Below are positions 1-12,934 of a DNA stretch of 64,000 bases, in pieces. Made by a program: the position numbers and the translations under genes. The notes under the pieces were generated by a model, which worked only from the letters and a program-made list of their open reading frames with translations, did not search any database and was not told where the DNA came from. Origin of the DNA: Camelus dromedarius (Eukaryota); the NCBI RefSeq assembly GCF_036321535.1, contig NC_087437.1, forward strand, positions 92,010,001-92,074,000, given 5' to 3'. Position 1 is the stretch's first letter. Each line of letters starts with the position of its first letter.

Positions 1-2614
1 GATTATGTCTCAGAATTCCTTTGGGAGATTTAGTTGTATGCTAGTTTGCATTGGCTTACTTTTTTAGTACATTACATTAGAGCTATACTCTCATCCAATG
101 CAGGCTGAGAATTCAAAAAAAAAAAAAAAATCCCTAGATGCCAGTTTCCTGATTACAAGGAAGCAATTAGTAATAGAATCTAAATTTGCATTCCTGCCAT
201 GGAGAGATGAAAACCTCGTGAGAGTAACTCAGTGAGCTGCATTTCTAAGAGGCATACCTAGAAGAACAAAATACATGCCTGGGAAGAAAAAGTGCAACAC
301 CATCAGTCTATTTAGATTATTTATTTAAATTTATCTCTTAACTTTATTTTTCCACAATAGTCTAATATAACACATCAGAAAAATTAAGATTGAGTTTGAG
401 TCTAAAGCATAGTACAGATGATTTTAATATATATATTCCATTATTTTGAAGGATTTTCTATCTTTGTGAAGTGTTACCCTTTTCATGTTTCTTTTCAAGT
501 GAGTAAAGAATTTTTACTAAAAAGAAGAGAATATCTGGAAAACAGAAAGAAAGACACAAAGGAACAAAGTAAGAAAATCTAATCAATCCTCTAATTAAAG
601 AATATTCATTTGCTCACACACACTTTATTAATTGTGTATTAAGGATTTAATTCAAAAGAATTAAAAAAAATAAAAAACATTTTACAAGATCAGTGTGATA
701 CATACGTATCATACCTCACTAAATATATCACTATATTATGTAATGTATATTTAGGTAATGACAAATTAATTTCATGGAAAAATGGTAATACACATTCTGA
801 CTATCTTTTAGGACTTTTTGTGAGTACTAGTTTACAATAAGAAATGTCTAATTGATTAGTCCAATGTAAGTTAGTGTCCATAGGCTGAGGAGACATTTTA
901 TCTCTAGACTCATAAAGTTGCCTACCTTATAAACATAAATAAAACATCCTTTCAGATTATATTATCATGACAGTTTTGTAGGTGAGCAAATAAGATTGTT
1001 TAACTAATTATTCAGTCATTAAGGGGCATAATGGGATTCAACAATTTGCACAAAAATGGTTAAGGCTGAGAGTCTGCTTTGCTCCATCTCTTTACTGGGT
1101 CTCATCAATAAACGCCTAAAATATTGGCCTCTATTTGATGTCCTCCTTTTTCAACCACTGTGAGATGAATTTTCACAATCACACCTCTGAAACTATTTGC
1201 AATGGAATTATTTAACTGCTCAAATACTGATCACCCAACCAATAAACTACAGTTTCAGCTGTTAAGTTACTTGATTTCATTATTGAATTTTAATACTTTT
1301 GGCCACGCTTACTTTATTAAGGAAAGAAAAAACCTCCTCTGATGTTTCTGTAGTATCTCTCTTAGTTCTCAATTTACATTTTCAGCTAAGTCTCCCTTGT
1401 GGACTATATTCTTTAATGTCAAATGCTTAAGTGGTTGGCTGTTTCCTACAGTTTTCTGCCCAGTTCTGGCACTTACAGCAGTGAAATATTCCCAGAAAAG
1501 CCACAATTAATCATTTATATTACAATAACTCCTCATTTTTATGGTCAATGTAGAATATCTCATTGGGACCCACATACATGTATCTGTCTATCAATATATA
1601 GATTAACTACATGGCTGAGAGGAGACTCAGTTTCACACACCAAATTGAATTGAATTGAATAATTTGTCCCGATAAGTTGAGATTATATTATCACATGCAT
1701 ATTTATTGTGGCAGATATTTATCATCCAGAAATCTTGAAACATCCTTCTAATAGTTATATAGCTTTCAATTAATTACTGTCATAATATCCATGTATACAT
1801 TTGGCATTGTATACAACCTATAAAAGATTCAAATAAAACTAAAATTTAGTGAACTACATTATTAGAAAATAAATTCTGGCTTTATTATTGTATTTGCAAG
1901 ATAGGAATGCATAGACTATAAATTTATTTAAGTAAAACAATTCTATAACACAGAATGTACTATTAATTGGTGAAAATGTATTCATATTACTTTAGCCTTT
2001 GTACAAAATCTTGCCTCTTACCTAAAACATAGTGAATTAAGAAATATATCAAATTGACATAATGGCTAGGGCAGTCAGTTTTTTGTAGATGTGAACACTG
2101 CTGCAAAAATGCTGCTTTTGTATCCCTGAAAAGTCATATTTTTGACAAGCTTGACATTCCTTATTGTAGGCTTTGCCTTTCTTCAGACAGTATCAAATAC
2201 TCAAAGATTTGATATAAATCTACTTGCATATCTTTAAACCAAGTTTAATTCAAGTGGCTGAAAATGACAATCCCTAAAGAATAAATGCTTCTCTCGCTTT
2301 TGGCATTTGATGAAAAGAGATTGTGCATATCTCAAATAAATGTACACAAAGAGACAAACTTTAAAATGAATTGATCAATGGCATCAGGACATGTGACATC
2401 AATTTCTACTTAGAGAAAGCCATGTGTAGAGATTAAATGATCGTGTTCATGAAAAGTTAGATAGGGAGTAATGTCCCTTTCTCATGGCTACCTCACAAGT
2501 CTTCTCTTAGCGAAAGCTCCAAGAGGATAGCAGATGAGATCAAACTTATTATCCAATGTACTGTTCAAGCCACAGAAGTAGCAGTCATGTTTTATAGTTG
2601 ATTTTCCTAACTGT

Positions 2615-3585
2615 CCCTATCTAATCCATCAATAAGTTTGATTTTCTCTACCTGCAAAGCAACTACAAAGCTTCCCCCTTCTCATCAGCTTCACCATTAC
2701 CTCCCTAGTTCAAGCCATCACTATCCCTCCTTTGAACTGCTGATGGAAAGCCCTGCTTCTACTATCAAATCCCTGAAGTCCCTTCTTCACACAGCAGCCT
2801 GCATGATCTCAGAAATAATCAGATACTGTCACTCTCCGGTCGTGGCTTCTACCAAGACCAACATGAACAATGTAGGGTTCAGGGCAAGATCATAAATGGT
2901 GGCAAATATATCATATATTGAAATACACCTGACTATTTTAAAGTTATATGTAATGCTAATAAAATGTTAAATAAGTTATACTGTCTGCCTGGTTTGACAA
3001 TATGTCATTGAAAAATTTGAATTTGGAGCTTGTGGATTCCTCAGATCTCAGAATGTGATCTCATAGGGCAGTCTGCTCACCAGGTACCAAGACACTGACT
3101 GAAATCCTACCCCACCTCTCCCTCAAACCATAACTTCAGATCAAATCTCAAGGAACACCCTGTGCATGCATCTGGACATTCAAGTTCTGTCCATACTCTG
3201 AAAATAGCCAAGGGGCTACTATTTTGGTCACTCATAGAGACAAGTAAGCACACTGTGTGGTATTCCTTGTGGAGAATGGACCTTAGTAGTACTCTGAAGC
3301 CAACTTAGAGTTACGCAGACAGAAAATCCTGGAGTTTCAGTTACCTAAAGCATCTGGTGGGCAGGGAGGGAAGAGTGCCTGGGGGCGGGGATCACGCCTT
3401 TGCTCAAATGTATGTCTCACCTTATAAATAACAATCCTTGTTATTTATAAAGGTCCCTCCTGCCTCCCCAGGCTGTACCACTCACTAAAAGGTGAGAGAC
3501 ACCTAGAATAAAACTCAAACTCTATCATGGTCTACACCACCATACTTGTTATGACTCTTCTCCATCTCTCAAAGCTCACTTTCTA
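2615..3585 (+). mobile_element. L2 LINE 3' fragment, split by a DNA-transposon insertion (L2 pieces about 2615-2850 and 3500-3585)
   Basis: L2-type motifs 'aatccatcaataagtttgattttctctacc', 'ctagttcaagccatcact' and 'cacacagcagcc...tgatc'; resumes at 'tagaataaaactcaaactctatcatgg'. Confidence 0.55.
2870..3490 (+). mobile_element. hAT-Tip100 non-autonomous DNA transposon relic, MER115-like
   Basis: 'cagggcaagatcataaatggtggcaaatatatcatat...aaagttatatgtaatgctaataaaatgttaaataa' followed by a GC-richer half is colinear with the recalled MER115 consensus. Confidence 0.5.
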
Positions 3586-3594
3586 TCATTTTTT

Positions 3595-3710
3595 AAAATT
3601 GTTTACTTGCTTATGGTATCTGTGACTCAGGAGTCTGAACATAGCTAAGCTGAGTAATTTGCTTAAATTTCACAAGACTGTAAACAGTGTATCAGTCAGG
3701 CTCCACTTTC
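3595..3710 (-). mobile_element. MaLR LTR fragment (MLT1E/F-like)
   Basis: 'tctgtgactcaggagtctgaacatagctaagctgag...tcacaagactgtaaac' is the reverse complement of the MLT1 3' part. Confidence 0.45.
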
Positions 3711-3749
3711 ACATAGAGGAATTTCTGAATTTGATGGGGTAAATGGACA

Positions 3750-4047
3750 ACATGACAAGGAACTGTGGGAAGCCTGTAAGATGTATGGGCAGTTTCTGGT
3801 TGAAAGCTAGCCAAGAAATTAAGTCAGTCAATAACCTGAATGAACTTGTAGGTGGATCCCTTTCAAATCGAGCCTCCTGACGAGAATGCAGTTTGGCCAA
3901 CATCTTGATTGTAGTCTCATGAGCCTGAGCAAGGACTCTGCTGAGGGGCCAGAGTACTTCCCCAAGGATTGTAAAACAATAAACGTATTTATTTTAAACT
4001 TCTAACTTTGTAGTAGTTTATTATGAAGGAAGAGAAATCAAACTCAG
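3750..4047 (+). mobile_element. MaLR LTR 3' half (MLT1E/F-like)
   Basis: 'caataacctgaatgaactt', 'ggccaacatcttgattgtagtctcatgag', AATAAA and a terminal 'tttgtagtagtttattatg...aaactca'. Confidence 0.6.
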
Positions 4048-4703
4048 TGTTATAGTTTCTCTCTTCTTTTCTGTGTGCCTTCATTCCTTACTTCATTCCT
4101 TCTCTTCTTCCCCAAAATACTATTAAGTATTCTTTATGTGCCTGCCTGTATTTTAGGGCCTGGAGGTACTCATAGTTGGACCAGGTGTTGGGAATTTTGT
4201 AACAAATTTGGGCTCAGTAATCTATTTATACTCTACCAACTTTTAAAAGGATTTAAGAAAATTAACAGTAGAACTGCATACTTCAGTGTGAGTAAAATAA
4301 CCACAATGAAAATAATAGGTAAGTCAGGAATATTACTGAGAAGTATTAGTTATTAATCTAGTTAGAGAGATTTACTGAATGAGTAGTATGGGTTTGAAAA
4401 TTCTACAGCCATATGGATTTTTAGGTTTCCAAGACTTTGGAAAGTTATCCTTTTATGCAACTTTAACTTGACTTTGTTTTTCTTCTTTGGTACTAAATTT
4501 CAAACATCTTGATGTAAGAAATTTTTGTAAGTTTGTACCATTCTAGGCCTTAAAACAAAATGTGGGTAATTTCTTCTCAATAATGAATCAATAATCCTCT
4601 TACTGAGTTTTAGTCAAAACAAAAAATTTCCCTCAGGGATATTCCAATTCATGTGGTATTCTAAACTGAGCTTAAAACCCACTGAGTTTATATAATTCAA
4701 AAA

Positions 4704-4842
4704 GGCAGCATGGAATACTACAAAGGGTAGGAGATTCATTGTCATAGAGTTTGCATCGTCTCCGTATCTGTCACTTACTAGTATTGTAACTTTCGACAAG
4801 TATTTTAATTCACTAGAGTCTTGATTTTTCATCTATAAGAGA
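4704..4842 (+). mobile_element. MIR SINE
   Basis: Core 'tctgtcacttactagtattgtaactttcgacaagtattttaattcactagagtcttgatttttcatctataa'. Confidence 0.7.
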
Positions 4843-5089
4843 TTAAATATAACATGTCAACAACATAGCTTTAAATTTGTACATAAATTCAAAATGTAAG
4901 TAATAAAATACTGAACTAACCATATTACCTATAAATCAGGATTTTGTTCAAAAATTCTATCAAAATACCTCCAAATCTGTCACCTTTTTAGAAGTAAAAG
5001 AATTAGTGTAAATCTTACTCTGGCTACTTAAGAAATAACAATAGGAATGAAATTAGGAAATGCTTAAAGCCTGCCTAATGGTGCACATC

Positions 5090-5560
5090 CATGGATCTAG
5101 GAAAAAGGAAGTGATTCTTCTTTTATTTAATCTGCTGACCAATTACTCAGCATGGAAATTTGGACTGACAAGAGGACTAGGCTGTTCAAATTGGAGGACT
5201 GAACTCTTGAGAGATAATAGACTTAGAACTTGGGGTTTGATGGGGTTACTAGAAAAAACAGATACGGCAATTCTCAAAGCTACTAGCAATTTCAATGATT
5301 TTTCTGGTTGAAAGACTCTCACTGATGACCACAAATCAATTACAGTTAACTTATTTTTCCCCACTGTTCAAAGATTAGACTTGAACAGCAAGGGGCTTGT
5401 TTCTATGAACAGAGGGTATCACGAACAATTGGGAAAATTACTCTCTCAGTAGGGAGCACTGGTAAATTGAAACAGGGGAAAAAAGCCTTAAAAAAAAAAA
5501 ACTTGAGGATAATTCTGGACATTTTATTTCAAGAAATATCCAAGCATTTGTCTGGAATTA
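5090..5560 (+). mobile_element. Possible highly decayed CR1/L3 LINE 3' region
   Basis: Only weak colinear resemblance ('aggaagtgattcttcttttattt', 'agaacttggggtttgatgggg', 'agcatttgtctggaat'). Confidence 0.25.
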
Positions 5561-8500
5561 TTTGTGGAAGAAATCTCAGTAAATAAATCAGTCTCAAATT
5601 CTATCTCTTTCACTATCTATCCATCTGAATGTATAATGAGTAAGAAAGTCACATTTTTAAAACTTATGCCACTGTAAGAAAATAGCTTGTTTACCAAATA
5701 TTTCTAAAATACTCTAGTCATAGAACGGCATACTTAGAATTTAAAATATAGTGCTTTCAGACATTGGATAACAAGTTATTAGGCAAATGTTAAAAGTAAA
5801 ATATTTGATATTTCATTTATTCCTGTGTTTGGAAATTTTTTTAAATGAAATATTAGAATTATTTTGAGATCTGACTTCAAAGTTCATACATGCATATAAT
5901 AGAATGTGGATGCAAATTTGGAAGAAAAAGAGTTAAAGTAAAAAGATTTAGGTAAGTGGTATTCCTCTTATTCAGAATTTGCCTATGTGATGGCCATTTT
6001 ACATTTCCAAATCTCAGCTATCTATAAGATAAAGATGCTGACAATTACCTTCCAATAGAATTATAACATTGCAATGGTAATATAAGGTCACTGTTAACTA
6101 GAAAGTGTTATCGTAAATACCAATATTCAAAGGTTTTATATTTTATATAAGCATTTATGAAGTGGTTAATACTTTTAAGAAGTGGTTTATACAAAGTGAT
6201 TTTCTTTAAGTTTTTAATCTAGGTATGATAATTCATAATTGGGATTTTCAGGTTCTTTGTGCCTTTAGTGTACATTTTTCTGATCATTTCATTGGTCATT
6301 ATAATCTATCAGAATAATCAGTGTTCAGAAAAGGAGAGTCACCATTTATAAAGCATTTATATAACTTTGGTAACTGTAGTAACAAACTTTCATATGAGGC
6401 TTGAGAATAACCAAAGGTGTTTATGTAGTCCATTAGATCAGTAATCTGAATAACACTATGATTGTGCTTCTAATGAAAAGAGAGGCATTTTACCTTTTCT
6501 CGTGTTGGCAAAATACAATCTTAAAAAAATCTACTGCTAAGGGAATGAAAACAAACAATATTATCTGTATAAATGTTTTTAGAAGACTCTTTGATGTGTA
6601 ACTGGAATTTATGTATTTTTGTCATTGTTGTTGTTCAGAACATTACTTGGCCATTAGGGAATATATGAAGAGAACTTTTTTTTACATATTGGATTTTATA
6701 AGACAACATTTAGATATTTAGTTGTGTCTACATGTATTTTGGTATTGCATTTTTTTTTAATGATTGGAGATATAAATGAACTGTAAACATACACATTTTC
6801 TCTACATTTTAAATATTCCCAGAAGTAACAAGATAGCACTTCAGGTAAGTTTCACAAGAGTAAAAATTGAGAAAAAGAAGTTTCTCTCAAAATTGATGAT
6901 TACTCCTCTACTGATACGTTGTAATACTTCAAGTGGTAATTCTTTTTTTTTTAAAGTGGCAATTCTTAGTAGACAACTGATACAATATTATCTTAGCAAA
7001 TGCACCTAAAATATGCAATTTGAAGGATTTGTTTCTATAACAGAGCGTTATTGCTAGCAGAATAACAAATCTAAATAATTATATTAATAGATTGAATCTA
7101 CATCTGCCTTAAATCCTCATCCCTGCTACCCTCACATTCGAATAATATATCCCTGATGCAAGAATATAACATGATGATTTATAACTGATTACCACATCTG
7201 TGAGAAATTGGTCAAAACAAACTGTTAACAACAAACTTAATACTTTTAAATTAACCATTTATAATTGCAGGGTAAGATAAATATAAATGCAGATACAGAT
7301 GACAGAGTTAAAGAAGAGACAGATACACTGTTCCTCAGAATTTTTTACATGTTAATACATTTCTGGTGAAGTAATATGGCCAGAGTAGCCTCTGACTGAT
7401 AGACACAACTAAAAAATATGTAGCTAAGTATATGGGTTTTTGACATTCTGAAGAAATAATATGTAATATTATACATTTAATTGTTTATAAACTACTTGTG
7501 TAAGGTCCTTTCACTGAATATAACTCACTTATAAAACAATGTGGGAATTTGTAGTTTTAAGATATGACATATTTGAAAGACTTAAGGAATCAATATTTAA
7601 TAGTTTTTTGAGGTGGATAATGCAAGACATTAAAAATGTTGATAAAATCTACTGTACTATTATCGATTAAAAAAATGCCATTTTAAAAAAGTCTTAATAT
7701 ATTTCTCAGTGCTTTCAAATAAACTCATTATTACTTTTATATTTAAGTTTCTGTCATTTCAGATTACAGTAGAAAAAGCTCTGGAAAAGAACAGTGATCT
7801 AGAAAGTGAAAGATCTTGTTTATAACTAAGAAAATTAGTTGCACCTGGTAGATGTATTTAGCATGCATGACAGTTAGTAGAGGACCCTGGTATTTTGATA
7901 ACAAAGAATATAAAAAATGGACAGTATTCTATTTGAATGTCAAGGGTGAAGACGGTTAATTAAGCTGTTCAGATGTCTACAAAGCAGATTAAGTGAAATA
8001 AAAATGAATAGATGCAAATAATAAAACATACAAATGGAGCAGTTCACATCATTACTATTCATAAATGCAGGCCAAGGGTAGTATTTGTCCATTATTCCTT
8101 TGGGGAATGATGTTAAAAAATAACACCATTAAGAAGTTAAAAAAAATAGATATCTATTCATTAAATCTATAGTAAAGATCTCAAGGAACATTTATTGATG
8201 CTCTGAAATCTGAAGGAATGTGTGATAACAATATTAATAATAAAACAGTAAAATCTTTAAAACTCATTTTCTAATACAGAAACCATTTTACAGAATTATT
8301 GTATCATATGTCTAAGAATCATTAATTCCAAAGTAAGGGTTTAAGAAACTAATAATTACCAAAGGGGATATGTGCAAAGCACTTTATTTTTTAAAAACTA
8401 GCAATAACACAAACACTTATCATGTTTAGAATAAGCAAAGAAATTATAGGGAAATGGCATTAACTATTGTAACAGGATATACTTAGGATTAATGTACACT

Positions 8501-8789
8501 TTTATAACAGCTCTTTAAAGTTAGAGTTGGGAAGACTCTGTAGCTAGGCAAATCTGAGAATAAGAAAAGAACCAACTTACTCAAAATCACGGCTAGTCAA
8601 TTATAGAACCAAGGAAGAAATGCGTATTAGAAATTCATTAAAGAACCTTAACATTTACTGAGTACCTACTGAAAACACAGCACTAGAGACTTGGGACAGA
8701 AAGATTACTAGGATATAAAATGTCCTCCAGAATTACTCTGGCAAGTGTAAATAGCATCCAACAAAGTATTATAAGATGATATGCAAATA

Positions 8790-9138
8790 GACTTCCAGTT
8801 CTGAAAAGACAATAGAGGCTAAATTTTTCCTATTCCTCACACCAAGTACAACTTAAAACTGAAAATTATACACAAACACATAGCTACAAACAAAAAGACT
8901 GCAAAGTGGAGAAAAGATGATAGAGTGACTAGGGACTTAAGAATAAAAAGAAAAGCATGCTTTTTTTTTTTTTTTTAGTTATCTACTTTTTTTTTTTTTT
9001 TGCATCATTTATCCCAAGATGGGTACTTGAGGCCAGAAAACTAGAAATAGAAATACCAATGAGCACAGACCCCCAAAAAGCCACAAAAGTCTGTTCTCTC
9101 AAGTCAAAGGACCAAAAAGGAGACCTTAGCAATGAGAC
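8790..9138 (+). mobile_element. Ancient L1M (L1MC/MD-like) 5' UTR fragment
   Basis: Starts 'agacttccagttctgaaaagac...ttttcctattcctcacaccaagtacaacttaaaac', typical of L1MC/MD 5' ends. Confidence 0.5.
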
Positions 9139-10392
9139 AGTATTTCATTCTGGCTTTGATTTGTATTTCCCTGATGGCTAGTGATGTTGAGCAACTTTTT
9201 ATTTGCTTAATGGTCAGTTGTATATCTCTGGAAAATTTTCTATTCAAGTTCTTTGCTTATTTTTAATTGGATTATTTTTTGTTGTTGAGTGGTAAGAGTT
9301 CTTTATATACTCTGAATATAAAACCCCTTAAATTTACGGTTTGCAAATATTTTCTCCCATTTTGTTGGTTGCCTTTTCACTCTACTGATAGTTTCTTTTG
9401 CTGTACAGCAGTTTTAAAATTTTGTGTACTCCCATTTGTCTACTACTTTTTTCTTTCATTGACTGTGTTTTTGGTATCATAACCAAGAAATCTTCCCTGG
9501 TTAAGATTTAGTCCTAAGTATTTTATTATTTTTGATGTGAAATGGGGTTGTTTTATTAATTTTCTGAGTGTTCACTATTAGTGTGTAGAAACAGAACTGA
9601 TTTACTTGTATTGATTCTGTACCCTGCAACTTCCCTAAATTTGTTTATTAGTTCTACTAGGTTTGGGTGGAATCCTTAGGATTTTCCCCATTTAAGATCA
9701 TGTCATCTGTGGATAGAGATCATCTTATTTCCTTTTTTCCAGTTTGATACCTTTCGCTTCTTTTTCTTGCATAATTGCTCTGGTTAGAAATCCCAATACT
9801 ATATTGCAAAGTGTTGAGTGTGGGCATTCTTTCCTTGTTCCTGATCTAAGAGAGAAAGCTTTCATTGAATATGATCTTGGCTGTGGGCTTTTCTTGGTGA
9901 CCTTTATTATGTTGAATTAATTTCCTTTTACTTCTAGTTTGTTTAATCAAGAAAGGACATTGAATTTGTCAAGCACTTTTTATTTATTGAGATGATCATG
10001 TCATCTTGTCCTTTCTCTGTTAATGCCATGTATTATACTGTATTATATTAATTTTCACATGTTGAAATTTGCATTCCAAATAAATCTTACTTGGTTACAA
10101 TAATCTTTTTAATGTATCATTGAATTTCTTTTGCTAGTGTTTTGTCAAGGATTTTGCATTAATATTCATCAGGGGCATTGGTCTGTGGTATTCGTCTAAT
10201 ATTTTTGTCTAGTTTTGGCATCTGGGCAATGCTGGGCTAATAAAGTTTGGAGGTATTCCTTTTTCTTCAGTTTTTTGGAAGAATCTGAGGAAGTTTGGTG
10301 TTTATTCTTTAAATTTTTGGTAGAATTCCCCAAGTGCAGTCATCTACCCAGGGCTTTTTGTTTTTTTAATTGGGAGATTTTTGTATTTGATT

Positions 10393-10440
10393 ACTGATTC
10401 AATTTCCTACTGATTCAACCTCCTACTGATTCAACCTTGG
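10393..10440. repeat. 16-bp unit x3 tandem repeat (actgattcaaYYtcct)
   Basis: actgattcaatttcct / actgattcaacctcct / actgattcaaccttgg. Confidence 0.9.
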
Positions 10441-10823
10441 TCACAATGCGTCTCTATGTGGGCCACTTTGTGTTTATACTGATTGGAATCCTCTAAGGTT
10501 CTTGAATTTGTGAGTCTATTTCCTTTCTGAGATTTAGATTGTTTTTGGCCAGTATTTCTTTCAGTATTCTCTCTGCCCCTTTTTCTCTCCCTTCTCCTTG
10601 GATTTCCATAATAGTTATTTGGTACACATGATGAGGTCCTACAATACCCTCAGGCTATCTTCACTTTTCTTCATTTTTTTTTTTTCCTCTGATTCTAATT
10701 TCAAATAACTTACCTTTGAGTTCATTGATTTTTTTCTCTTTTTATTTCAATTGTTGAATCCCTCTAATGAATTTTTCAATTCAGTTACAGTAATTTGCAG
10801 ATCCAGAATTTCTCTTTGGTGAG

Positions 10824-10860
10824 GCGTTGGTGGTATAGTGGTGAGCATAGCTGCTTTCCA
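10824..10860 (+). pseudogene. Tailless 5'-half tRNA-Gly(TCC) retropseudogene
   Basis: GCGTTGGTGGTATAGTGGTGAGCATAGCTGCTTTCCA matches nt 1-37 of mammalian tRNA-Gly-TCC (recalled ...GCTGCCTTCCA) at 36/37. It stops immediately after the TCC anticodon, has no T-arm/B-box and no poly(A), and is flanked by a degenerate direct repeat. Confidence 0.9.
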
Positions 10861-11827
10861 CAATCTGTCTTCGGCTCTTTTTATAGTTTCTATCTCTTTG
10901 TTGATGTTCTCATTTTGTTCATGCCTAAGTTTCCAGATTTCACTTAATCGTGTATCTGCATTCTCTTGTGGCACATTGAGACTCTTTAACACAATTGTTT
11001 TGAATTCTTTATCATATAATGCATATATGTTTATTTCTTTAGAGCTAGTTTCTACAAATTTACTGTATTTTTTTTTTATTGTGCCATGATTTCCTGTTTC
11101 TTTCTATGCCTTGCTTTATTTGTGGTGATTTGTGCATTTGAAACCAAACAAACAAACAAAAACAGTTATGTCTCCCAGGTTTTACTGGCTGTCTTCATAC
11201 AGAGAAACAACTTCACCATCCATGTCAGCTAGAGATTCTGGCAGCTTCTCAAACCTTTTATTCAGATGGAGCTTTTCTTGGCTTATGTATCTAACTTCCC
11301 AACTAAAGAAATTTGCCAGTTTTTTTGTTTGTTTGTCTTATGTGCTTGTCATCTCTAGCTCTAATAAGCAAGGTCTCTGGCCGCACTAAGCCGTTGAGGT
11401 CCTCTTTTGTTCTCAGCAGCCCCAAGGCATCCAAAGTATGCTGATTCCCTATCAGTGCTGTGAGTCATGCAAGATAGAAGATACCAGTCCTTCTGGGAGC
11501 TCCCTGAAAAGCTGGAATATTTGATATACATTAATACTCTTCTTTTTGTCTCCTAAGGTAGAAGCCACAAACTGGATACTTTCTCCTAACTGCTCTGAGC
11601 TGTGCCAGTGTAGGAGAATGGCTGACATGGTTGAAATGAAACAGCTTTTCTTACCCACTTAATTGTGGATGTTCTTGGTTTTGAACTTTACTGGGGCACT
11701 GTTACTTCTTAAAAGTTTTCTGGAGTTCTTGCAACAGCTTTTTTGATCATATAGTGTTAAGTCAGTGTCTCTTTGGGGAAATGAGGTCTGAGTCTTCCTG
11801 TCCCACCATCTTGCTGACATTACTTTA

Positions 11828-12930
11828 CACTTACATCTGATTTTTGACACAGGCAAAATTAATTCAAGGGAAGAAAGAGGACCCTTTTAACAAATGGTGC
11901 TGGAGCAACTGGACATCTTCAAAACTGTAAACCGAAACTTAAATCTGATACCATATACAAAAATAAATCATTGTCATGGATTAAATGCTTATGTCCCTCC
12001 AAAATTCATGTTTTGAAATCCTGCCACAGAAGTAATGGTATTAAGAAGTGGTGTCTTTGAGAGGTAGTCAGAATTAGATGAGGTCACAAGGGCACATCTC
12101 TCATGAATACAATTAGTGCCCAAGTAAGAATCATGAGAAAACCTGCCGCCCTCTGTTTTGCGCCATGTGAGGCTATAATGAGAATTGAGCAGTTTGCAAC
12201 CTGGAAGAGGACGTTCACCAGAATTAGACCTTGCTGATTACTGATTTTGGAATACCAGACTCCAGAACTGTGAGAAATAATTTTAGTTGTTTATATGCCA
12301 CCCAATTTATGTCACTTCTGATACAGCAGCTCAAACAGATGGAGACAATCATATAATCAAAAAAAATGTAAAATAAAAACTTTGAAAAAATTATAGGAGA
12401 AAATCTTCCACATCAAGGACTAGGCAAAGAATTCTTAGAGTGGAGTCAAAAACATAATTAATTAAAAAAAAAGTGATAATTTGAACTTTCCCCAAATTAA
12501 AGAAAAAAGCTTTGCTCTGAGAAAAACTCTAAATAAGAGGAAAATAAAGTTACCTATTGAGAGAGAAAACCTGCAAACTATATATCTGACAATGGCCAAG
12601 TATCTTGAATAGATCAATAACTATCAAACTCAACAGTAAAAACAAAACTAATAATCCAATTAGAAAGTGAGTAAAAGATAAGAAGGGATTTCTACAGAAG
12701 AGGATGTATAGATGGCAAATAAGCACATGAAAAGATATGCAGTAATATTTGCTGTTAGGGAAATGCAAATATAAACCACAATGAAATATCATTGCACACT
12801 TAACAGAATGGCTAAAATAAAAAATAGTGACAATACCAACTACTGAAAAGAACGTGGAGAAACTGGATTATTTCATTCATTGCTGTTGGGAATGTAAAAT
12901 GCTACAGCTACTTTGTAAAAATGTGGCAAC
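11828..12930 (+). mobile_element. L1M ORF2 3' region (L1MC/MD-like), interrupted by an MLT1A LTR
   Basis: 'tgatttttgacacagg...tttaacaaatggtgctggagcaactggac' (LIFD...FNKWCW) and 'gatggcaaataagcacatgaaaagatatgc'. Confidence 0.85.
11972..12347 (+). mobile_element. MaLR solo LTR, MLT1A-like, full length
   Basis: TG...CA termini, 'tgtccctccaaaattcatg', 'ctccagaactgtgagaaataa'; perfect 5-bp TSD ATCAT (11967-11971 and 12348-12352). Confidence 0.9.
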
Positions 12931-12934
12931 TATA

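Larger units (their letters stand above)
9140..11823 (-). mobile_element. L1M element with 5' end, partial ORF1 and ORF2 pieces; large internal deletions
   Basis: 5' terminus 'ccaccatcttgctgacattact' (revcomp agtaatgtcagcaagatggtgg). ORF1 coiled-coil peptide NKEIETIK...EILDLQITVTELKNSLEGFNN (ORF 10747-10992). ORF2 RT and C-terminal sequence at 9140-10400. Confidence 0.9.

Noticed and set aside
6818..6850. 22-nt micro-exon ending in a perfect CAG|GTAAGT donor
   Set aside because: The acceptor is weak, and similar donor-like motifs occur repeatedly (4317, 5950, 27543, 45641), as expected by chance.
10393..10440. CRISPR-like repeat array
   Set aside because: Head-to-tail repeats with no spacers, in mammalian L1 DNA.
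10824..10860. Functional tRNA-Gly gene
   Set aside because: The 3' half, B box and terminator are absent, so it cannot form a cloverleaf.
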